A DNA stretch of 22,395 nt. It comes from Gonapodya sp. JEL0774. Its lineage: Eukaryota. The stretch spans positions 124,001 through 146,395 of the forward strand of contig JADIIX010000054.1 in NCBI GenBank assembly GCA_027604505.1, written 5' to 3'. The notes beneath the pieces were generated by a model, which searched no databases, was not told where the DNA came from, and worked only from the letters and a program-made list of their open reading frames with translations. This document shows positions 12,484-21,435 of this stretch, piece by piece (within the stretch, counting starts at the first letter, position 1; every line of letters begins with the position of its first letter). A program made the translations under genes and the position numbers.

Positions 12484-14724
12484 TTAGATCTTGGCACCAC
12501 CTCGCTTGACTCCCAACTCCAACAACTTGCCAAACGCACGAGCAAAGTCGGCAAAGAAGGCCGCACGGTCCTTGGCGTACTTCTCGACGATGGGCTTCAT
12601 TTTTGGGTCTTGGATCAGGGCAAGATCTGTGGGGAGCTGGAGATGGCGCGAGGGCCGTGCAGAGCAACACGTGTGGAGGAGCAATGAAGTGTATGTCGCG
12701 GTAGCGGAGTGTCGCATACACGTGCAGGTGAACAACGTTAATGCCAAACTATCTAGACACAGAGAACCACACTCTCGAAAACCCACCATCATCAACTCCC
12801 CCGTGGGGTCTTCGTATTGCAACGGCCCGTCCCACTTCTTGACAGTCCACGTATTGTTCACGAGCTGGATAAAGTACTGGTTGGAGAACCTGGTTGGGGA
12901 GTAGGTCCATGCTGGTTGGGGAGCAAACGATGTGGTGTGGCGATTCAAGACCTGATCAGGATAAACACAATCGAACAGCACGATTGCTATTGTGCTCACG
13001 GCCAGAGAATCCACTCCGGTCGGTGTGACACCTGCCCAGAGTATGGGCGCCAGAGAGCGCTACAATGTCGCGGCTTGAAGGAGATATCGAGTTAGGGGTT
13101 GGAGGTCAAGTGGGAATGCGGAATTGGAGGGAGACGGTCAGTAACGCTCGGTGTTGGGCCTTCTCGCAACGAGCCGACTCATCTACACCGCCATCCCCCA
13201 TACTCACTCATCAAAACCCATCCTGTAGAACACATCACGAATGTGGCTGGCACCCTGGGAGGCATCGGGGACTGAGTGCGAGCGTGGTGTTGGCATTCTT
13301 CAATGTTCCGACGTCTACCCGGATCATCCGTCAAACCGACTCACGTCTGCCGTTGGGCGGTACATCGGCGGCTTTGATACCCTTCTCGGGCTTGTCCACC
13401 CGTCCGGGAGTCCAGGGGATGGTGGGTCCACCTTTGACGCGGATATAGCAATTGGAAGTAGGATAGGAGTCAGGAAATACGTTTTCCAGCTGGGCGAATC
13501 ATTCGGTGATCCACTCTCATAACTCACCCATTCCCTCAACAGCAACCACGCCCGCCAGGGTCCACAGGTCTCCCAATGAGATCCAGGGGTGTTTGGCCTT
13601 GATGGGCTCCAAGAAGGCACGGGCTTTATCGAGACCGGCCTAACGACATGAAACGAAAATTTTGTATGTGTTTGAGTTATTGGATGAGAGAAGAGGGGCG
13701 ACCAGAGATGTTGGCCAGAGAACACATACGTTGGCAGGGCTGAGGGTGTAGTAAGGAGAAGCATGCGACAAAACGAGCGACCATTATGAAAAAAGTCATA
13801 CCCCTCAAGGAACTGCACTGGACAAACTCACTCGGTCTTCTCTGGCGCGAACCTCATCGTGGCACCCTCAGACCCGCCGCTCTTGGTGTGCTTGTCGTAC
13901 GTGCCCGAGGCGTGCCAGGCCAAGCGGACGAAGACGGGGCCCTGAGAAGGATCAGGACAGCGGATGTAAATGAGAGAATGGGTTAGGTTCTTGTGGGGGT
14001 GTTGAATCACGGGCGCATGGAAAACTCACCAAGCTTCCGTCGTCATAGCCGGGTTTGTTAACTGAGTTGTATGTGAGTTTTGATGATGGAATTAGTGGTT
14101 GCATTGGTGGGGAGTTGTGATACCGGGGTGAGGGTGAGAGTCAGCGATACCGTCATCAGTTGTGATTATGGCCGATCCCAACACCGAGGGAACCGAATCG
14201 GCATCGCACTCCATGCCTCAGCGCATAAAATACTACCATCCCGCACGCGACTTGTGTTTTGAGTAGGTAGATTCATCGATGTGATAGAACCGGACTTTTC
14301 CTCCAAACAAACGGGCACTTCCCGAAGTCTCACGGAGTGTTGATGTGGTATCCTGTATCAGGAACCCGATGCGACCTTGTCCCGCATGAACAAGAAGTAG
14401 GCCTTCGTACATCCCGTACCGGTCCTCGAAAATGTCGTGTTCGCGATGATGTATCCATACGATTTGATGGCGGAAATCGTATCAGGTGCACGCAAGCCAA
14501 CTCGAGCAAGACATGGAATTATCCTGCATCCCACAAGCACACGAATGAAGTACGTGCACGCGTTATGGGCGTATATCGGATCCCTCTTGCCGCTCTACTC
14601 GAAACGGCAACGACAGGACGCGAGGCAGCACCAAGATCGCGGTGCGGGAGTCTCTCGCGGGATGGAAGAATATCAACTCACGGATTGCTTTGATGTCTGC
14701 CCTAACTGCGTCGTACTTGGACAT
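12484..14724 (-). CDS. Class I heme peroxidase, cytochrome c peroxidase type without presequence (CcP2-like), about 269 aa
   Basis: Exons 14724-14682, 14061-14030, 13941-13832, 13739-13730, 13639-13528, 13431-13345, 13271-13208, 13073-13000, 12911-12787, 12636-12484. Motifs: [22 protein letters not shown] (distal R/W/H), [25 protein letters not shown] (proximal His), GPWT (radical Trp), LMMLPTD. Ends in AKI. Confidence 0.95.
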
Positions 14725-16168
14725 TGCTACAGCGGGTTGGATGGGGGATGGAAATGTGTGGATTGTCGGAAGTGGATGTTTCGTTGACCCGGCCCTGATA
14801 TGCATAGCAAGACGTCATAACTCAAACCACAAAAGTCGATCCCGGGGTGTTCAGTAGAATGAGCAAAGCTAGAGTTCTCATGCAATCGTTGGTTGAGGGA
14901 ATATTTCTTTCGGATTGTCTCTTAAGATATGTAAGACACTGTAATCTTAGCCAGATAGATGGTGAGATCGAGCACAAAGTGAGAATCTTTCTGGGTATCG
15001 CTGAAGCATTTTACAATTGCAAACGTTGAATGGTACAATGAATGTTGGCAACTGCACCTTGCCACCCGAATATAAACCACCACCGTTCAGGTGCTTCAAT
15101 TCGATGACTTCCTGCACGTCGATGGCATCGCAAGATGACCGTCAGGCAGAGCGACCTACACGTCCCGCCAAGCGAAGGGGCCGGGCTTCTGCGTGTTGCA
15201 GCTCCGACAGACGCCTCATCACGAGAGCGATGGTTTCCCTCTCATGCACCCCCTGGGGGGATGGGTACGAGTCATTCTGTAGCTCGAGTGAATGAAAGTC
15301 GGGTCTCTGGGGGAAACCTTAAGGGCGCTCGGGCAGGGGTCGACGCATGTCTTTGTCAAGAGATTGACATCTTAGATGTCGTCTTTTGGACCTTGCCTGG
15401 GAATTGTTTTAATTGCCAACTTAAATCAATGAAGCTTGCGTTACGCCCCAAGCGCCAGCAGGACTCTCAGTTAACCCGAGCGGAGGGTGGATATGGATGA
15501 ATTGGTGAATGATTCGGTTCCATACATGGCGGGAGTCAGAACCCAACAAGAGTGGTGAAATTTCGAGTCCGCGACAAGTCAGGACATTCAATTGGTAGCT
15601 CGGTTACACGAAAGCGTTCTTCTTTGTTGAATGACACCAACCTATTCCTCGAAGTGAACGTGACTGGAAGGGAGTGAAAATGACCTTTATTGCTTTGTAA
15701 GATCCAAACTCTCCTCGATTCAAAACTTTGTCCTCCGGGCCCAAAAATCTCTGCGAGCCCACCACCGTCTTCCCAGAATTTCTGGAATTGTCTGGGGTTG
15801 GCCTGGGTGACGTTGGGCTGACGTTCACGAAGGTTATCAAGAGCCATGATTCGTGAGGTTCGCTTGAAGATCTCAAAGGTATGAAATACAGATCTAACGG
15901 TCGAATACACGGGACACGGGAGCTTGGAAGTACGTCACACGACACCACGGGAGCACGAGTACATGAGATGCTCGATTTCACCGAGCCCTTGACCTCGAGC
16001 GGCATGTCATGCGGTCCAATCGACCCTCTGGAGCACTGCCCTCTTGGGATAGCCGTTCCTCCATGATCAAGTTTGTTTATGTAATCATCATACATACAGC
16101 TTCCATTACTATAATGTAAATGGATTTTGCTTGATTGTCAGCACTGGAAAGCAACAACCGCCTTCGTG

Positions 16169-18283
16169 CTAGTCCCCGGTGCGTTGTCTCTTTTGTTCAC
16201 CGTCATCGCTGCCACCCACAGCCCCCTCATTGGCTTTCCTCTTCTCCACCACCACCCCGTTCTCCGGAACCAGTGGTTTAGCAGACGGATTCCCCTCTGC
16301 TCGTTCCACCACGTCAGGATCCCCCGCGATCCACTCGCCCATGTCCTTTTCCGTCCCATCGTATACCACGAACACACATCCACCTTTCACGTTCTCGATG
16401 ACTCCCGTCTGTCTCGACGCTCCTCTCTTCACCAACACCCGTACAGGCGATGTGGATGGTGCGGGCGATTGAAGCGGAAGGGTGCCGCCGAGATGGAGGA
16501 GAGGATCGGGAGCGGCACGGAGGACGGAGTCAGTGTAGGGGGTGGGGGGGTAGGCGTGATTGGTGGGATAGTGGAAGAGGCGCAGGTGGTAGTTTGTGGT
16601 GGGTGGAGTGGTTGAGCGGTCCTGCAGCACAACTAGGCGTGGATGAAGTCGAGAGGTGAGGACGTTGCAAAGTCCTGTGTGCAGTGAAGGTAATTCAAAT
16701 AATGATAGCGCACCTGTGATTTTGGCTTTGACCCACTCTCCATCCTCATCCTCTGTTTTGACAGGTGGGCGACCCGGAGCTTGGGAGCCCACTATATCAT
16801 CGTCCTTGGTTCCTACGGGCCCCGATTCCTTCACCCCTTCTTCATCATCCTCATCATCATCGTTCTCATCGGGATCAGGTTCATACTCGATCCACACCTC
16901 TAACCTGTCGCCGACATTCCACCGTGATCCCGTGTCGATTACATCAAGTGAAGCTCCCGGCTCAGGCGCTCCGGTTGTACCGGTTGTACCGGGTCGCTGA
17001 GTCCGAGATATAGGCAGTGACATGTCGAATCCAGGCGTTGCGTGGTGGGTTGCAAGGTGAGAGTCGGCGAAGAGCTGTAGATGGGACAGTACGGACGCAT
17101 TGTTTCCGAGGGTCAAGATCTCAACCAACAGTCGCACCGCACACTCATTTCGACTCCAACTCACCACATCAGATTCTACGGCATTGCACATGTCCTTCGC
17201 GGTGACAAACCCTTTCCCATCAGCATCGCACCACAGTGACCCTCGCAAGCATTCGAGAATAGACTCGGAAAATGTCCAGGAAGGGGGGATTTGCCACTCA
17301 GAGGTCGTGGCTGAGAGTGACAGGATGTTGATAGGGGAGCCAGTTGGGGAGGACACTTAAATGGAAGCAAGTGGCGATGTGAAGCACGCAGGGGGGATGA
17401 GAGCCGGAGAGATGACACGCGAACTCACTGCGGGATGCAAACTGATCACTGTTAGTGCCACCGAAGAAGCAAAGTGCCGTACGTCCTGAAAAAGAGTTCA
17501 GAAGGTGATGACGGAGGAGGGATGGTGGAATGCCCAGCAGGCCTGCGGAGTCAAAGTCCTTGGTTGTGAGGAAAGGGCACAGAACTCGTGCAGTGAATCT
17601 CAAAGAGGCTGAATCAAAAAGACCTTTCTGGACTCACATACGGACAAAAGCACGGTTCGTCGTCGTCTTCTTCGGTCGCGCCTGACGGGCCTTCCACCCT
17701 TTCCACGACCTCCATCATCTCCTTCCTGACATCCTCATCAGACGCACCGTCACCCATCCAGGCACCATGCCCCGAGAAGTAAAGGATCAGTATATCATCG
17801 GAGCTAGTTGACTTCTGGCATATTGCTCTCAGTTCTTTATCCACGGCGTCCCGTGTGGCCTGATCGTCCCTCAGGACAGAAGTGTGACCTTTTGGTAAGA
17901 CTGACGAGAGCCATTTCGCCACCACCATGTCATGCCGGTCATCTGGGTTGAGGTCGGGGAGGGGCTGGTGTTCCGGGGGTGGGGCAAACGCATGGGATGC
18001 GGAGGTAGGGCCAGTACGGAGAAGAGGTTGAGTTGGAGGTTTCCAGCGGGTAAGACAAACGCACAGTGCGAAAGTTCGCTCAGGTGGGAAAGCTGTAGTT
18101 TTGTGAATCGTGAGTCAGACGAACGAAGAAGTCCTGCTCCGTTCACTCTGACCAGAATGGATCAAACTTCAGCCCGATGGCAAGTTGCCACTGCGGAGCA
18201 AGTGCGGATCGGCTGGGACAGCCTCTAAACCTGGCTTGGGGAACTGAGAACTCACCGAGTCCAGTCCCAAGCGTCGATGACAT
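16169..18283 (-). CDS. Caspase-fold (peptidase C14-like) protein lacking the catalytic Cys, fused to two Tudor/SH3-like barrels, about 551 aa
   Basis: Exons 18283-18256, 18092-17638, 17558-17429, 17355-17138, 17074-16714, 16632-16169 (1656 nt, in frame). Caspase-fold landmarks: TFALCVCL, DRHD, LRDDQATRDAV, DILILYFSGHG, FCPYD, TALCFFGGTNSD, ILSLSAT, WTFSESILECLRG..DADGKGFVTAKD. C-terminal VGDRLEVW..WVKAKIT..YHLRL and VLVKRG..TGVIENVKGGCVFVVYDG..MGEWI. Exon 1 is less certain. Confidence 0.8.
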
Positions 18284-18632
18284 TGTCTGCTCGTTTTCCG
18301 CGAGCATCAGTCACAGCACAATGGAACTGGAAGAATTCGAGACACTGCGTGCGGAAAATGCTTCAAATCAATCTTTCAACAGATGGTCATGGTGATTTCG
18401 CTGCCGCACTAACAGCGACCAAAGCGAGCAGTTAGTCAACCGAGAGCATTGCGATTTCTCTGTGCTCCATTTTCCCTAATATTTGATGGCTAATTTATAC
18501 GTATAATGTGGTGGGATTTACCGCGACGAGATGCGGGAGCTTTCGGCATTGAAGATGTGAAGTGTGTGTCCAGCCAACACCCCTCTCACTGTCCCACAGG
18601 CAGTGGCCGCTCATTCTACTTTCTGTCAGCGG
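18284..18632. promoter_or_regulatory. Putative bidirectional promoter between the caspase-like gene and the small membrane protein gene
   Basis: About 350 bp between divergent starts, with an AT-rich core near 18470-18510 (TAATATTTGATGGCTAATTTATACGTATAAT). Confidence 0.45.
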
Positions 18633-19336
18633 ATGTATCGACAAATTCACGCCCATGGACGGCAGATGTTGCTTGCGTCTGTAAACCACTCTCACCGTTG
18701 TAGAGTCAGTTGCCGCTCATTCTCAGATGCCCCGGAGGTTGAACCGCGTCACCCTGATCACCAAGATCCCCCTGTGCCTCCACCCGCGATTCCGACTCGT
18801 CCATCAATGCATATTGCTCCTCCGCAATTGGAACTTCCTCCAGTGCCGTCGCCTGATCCGCAACCTCCACCCCAAACTGCTGTCCATTCCAAACCTTCGC
18901 CTAGTACCCATCTGCGCCTTCCACCTCCTACCTCCTCCGTTTTTTCCGGCCGTCAGAGACTGAAATTTAATCCCATAGTCGAGTTCTTCCAGGCGGGATT
19001 TCCCAAGCTGAATCCGGAGGACTGGAGATTTGTCAATAATTGGTCAAGCAGAAACTGGGGGTGAGCAATTATTCCTCTGAAGTCCTTGGCCCTTGCGAGC
19101 TACCATTTTCTCTTCCTTTGCGATTATGGCCTTTTCGAACTGAATGCTGCCATGATTGTTGGGGTTGATCAACCCTTTCGATGCATTTATCAATCCTAAA
19201 TTTCTCGTAATGTAGTCTTCTGTTGTACACTCTAGGCTTTGGTTATCTTCTTGCCTCTACTCTGGGCTGGTACAGGGAGCAAGAGCTACGGAAACGAGCA
19301 GAAGCGGCGGATTCGACCTCAAAGGAAGCAAGTTGA
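18633..19336 (+). CDS. Hypothetical small single-TM protein, predicted mitochondrial, about 182 aa
   Basis: Exons 18633-19060 and 19216-19336 (GTGAGC donor, TAG acceptor). Presequence-like MYRQIHAHGRQMLLASVNHSHRCRVSCRSFS, Pro-rich linker, TM WGLLLYTLGFGYLLASTLGWY, charged tail REQELRKRAEAA. The start is uncertain and no family is recognised. Confidence 0.6.
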
Positions 19337-19467
19337 ACAACTGACCAAGACTGGACGCATGCTGATGTTCAGATTCGATAGCAAACTGCATCTCAACTTG
19401 CCGGTGTAATCTGCAGGAAGATCGAAATGTCACTTTTGATTGGTTTTGAGTTTAAATCATGCATTCA

Positions 19468-19532
19468 TCAATACATGTTCATTACTTCATGTTCACTTTG
19501 CAAGCACTCAATACATGTTCTTTTTGCAAGCA
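19468..19532. repeat. Short imperfect tandem duplication in an AT-rich convergent 3' region
   Basis: TCAATACATGTTC occurs twice about 40 bp apart, each copy followed by TTTGCAAGCA, with a third CATGTTC in between. Confidence 0.5.
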
Positions 19533-19926
19533 AATCGATTCATTATAGTGCTGCAAGTCAAACACATTATTGTTTAAGTATGTATTCTGATTCGGGACTT
19601 CAAATTTTGATTAGAACACCATAATTTTGAAGCTTGCTCACATCTGCTTCCCCTTGACAATGCAAAGTGCAGCGCTACTGAATTGTTTCCACTTCTCGAG
19701 CGGGTTTGCAGGCCAAAATACACACCTATATGCAGTTGTGTGATGTGTCCATCACAACTCCCTCTTGTTCAAGGTATCTGCTCTCATGGGAATACATTAT
19801 TTTTCCGGGATACGCTTGATAAAACTTTCTGGTGGATCACAACCACCTGCACGTCACACTGAGTAACAGTGGCGAGTTAATGTCGCAGTGGCCAGACCAC
19901 CATCCAAAACATAACATATCTCTCCA

Positions 19927-21435
19927 TTATCCCAAGCTCAAGTCATCCGCCTTTCCATTACCAACCTCTTTCTCACCTCCTTCCGCCATCCCGACCTCTA
20001 CTTCCACCCCACTCTCCACAACATCCGCCTGTGTGCCATCAAAAGCCACTACAAGAAGTGAAGGTGGAGTTGAAGGGGCACTGACCCTTGGAAGTTTTGA
20101 GTCATGAAATATAGGCGTAGGATTCGCCCCCACCGGTTGCAGACGAGGGGCGGAAGCCGAGTCTGTGGGTAAGATCTCGAGATCAGGCGTTCGGCGCAAA
20201 CGGGGTGTTTTCGGAAGGGTAGGAACTGAAGTGGCGGCAGGAGAAGTTATCGCAAGGAACGGTTGGGAGGAGTGGTCGGAGATTGCTGGTTCGGGGGTGC
20301 GGGGTGGAACCGGGATCGGCACCGCTACACTGGGGGAGGGGGGCGCAGGGGCGCGAGGACCCGCACCTCTTGCGAGACTTTCGATTCTCCTTCCTCTCCC
20401 ACTTCCTCCAAGTGCCCGTGCACGTGGGAGTGCGCGGGCATGAGCATCAGCACCATTTCGATCGTTCCTCGCACCACCATCACCGCCGTAATCACCAGCA
20501 CCTGCAGCACCAGCTCTTATTCCGGTACCAGACCCGGCCTCAGAACCCGCACCAGCCATGACGACACGGGGTCTCCCAATCTCCCAGTTGCGTCCAACCT
20601 GTTCGGTGGCGGAGTCCATCGCGGTGCCAGTATCCATATCGACTTCGGTGTCCAATACGCCTCCGGCTTCCTTTGCGGTTGAAGTCCCCATGACAACCCG
20701 TGTCACTGATACCTGCGGCGGTGCCGGCACGGTCACCATCTTCGTCTCGGGCCACATCCACTGCCATGCATCTTGCGCTGGAGACCATTTGATGTTAGAC
20801 AAGGGGTAAGGTCTGAGTCCTGGAAAAATGACCATTCCGAGAATAAGGAGACAGCACCACATTGCCGATCTGGTGCGGTTCGAGAGAGAGCGAGTGGGGC
20901 GGCGAAAGTGAGAGCGGGATATGGCTGGTGCGGGGAGGGAGGAGGAGGGGCGTCGATGGCTGGGTGGGATTGAAGGCGGAGGGAAGGAGTCCGAGAAGGA
21001 GTGGGAAGTGGAGTTTTGTCGGGCGGACCAGGAGGCTTGTTTTAGGCGGGAAAGATAGGCGTAGTGAGCAGATTCGGGATCGGAGAGGTCAGCTGGGTCC
21101 GGTGGGTCCGGTGGGTCTGGTGAATTGGAGGAGTGGGAGTGGTTGGGGGCGTGGTTATGGCTGTGGTTGTGCGAGTAAGAAGCGCGGTCATCCTGCTGGT
21201 CCTCGTCATCTGATTCGTGATCGTGATCGGAATGGGAATGGAGAGTGTGGGAGGATGCGACGAGAGAAGGGCGGGTGTTTGCGGATACCGCAAGTGCGTG
21301 GTGGGAATGAGAGGGACGGCGTTTAGGTATGAGAAATGAGGGGCGTGAGGAGGTAGAAGAGGAGGACGGAGTGGAGGTGTCAGGTGTGTTAAGGTTGACT
21401 GTGCGGGGACGATTGCGGGCGGACTGAGGATGCAT
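19927..21435 (-). CDS. Hypothetical low-complexity single-pass membrane protein, about 502 aa
   Basis: 1.5-kb uninterrupted ORF from ATG 21435. Ser/His/Asp/Pro-rich N-terminus, one hydrophobic segment (AMWCCLLILGMVIFPGL), Gly/Ala/Pro-rich C-terminus. No recognisable domain. Confidence 0.6.
   Translation of the reverse strand: MHPQSARNRPRTVNLNTPDTSTPSSSSTSSRPSFLIPKRRPSHSHHALAVSANTRPSLVASSHTLHSHSDHDHESDDEDQQDDRASYSHNHSHNHAPNHSHSSNSPDPPDPPDPADLSDPESAHYAYLSRLKQASWSARQNSTSHSFSDSFPPPSIPPSHRRPSSSLPAPAISRSHFRRPTRSLSNRTRSAMWCCLLILGMVIFPGLRPYPLSNIKWSPAQDAWQWMWPETKMVTVPAPPQVSVTRVVMGTSTAKEAGGVLDTEVDMDTGTAMDSATEQVGRNWEIGRPRVVMAGAGSEAGSGTGIRAGAAGAGDYGGDGGARNDRNGADAHARALPRARALGGSGRGRRIESLARGAGPRAPAPPSPSVAVPIPVPPRTPEPAISDHSSQPFLAITSPAATSVPTLPKTPRLRRTPDLEILPTDSASAPRLQPVGANPTPIFHDSKLPRVSAPSTPPSLLVVAFDGTQADVVESGVEVEVGMAEGGEKEVGNGKADDLSLG

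Noticed and set aside
14140..14160. CUGAUGA on the minus strand (hammerhead core or C-box-like)
   Set aside because: There is no downstream GAAA or stem II for a hammerhead, and no convincing C/D pair with a recognisable rRNA guide.
14437..14787. Plus-strand 116-aa ORF with CPNC and CVDC pairs resembling a nested zinc-finger gene
   Set aside because: The Cys-rich part is the antisense of peroxidase exon 1 and its 5' UTR. It begins at a GTG and resembles no family I know.
17356..17428. FACHLSG, resembling the caspase DACHSG motif, read through the intron after exon 3 of the caspase-like gene
   Set aside because: It lies in a 73-nt GTGAGT..AAG intron. Retention is out of frame with the downstream conserved exon and stops at 17298. 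It also lacks the Asp and the preceding hydrophobic strand.
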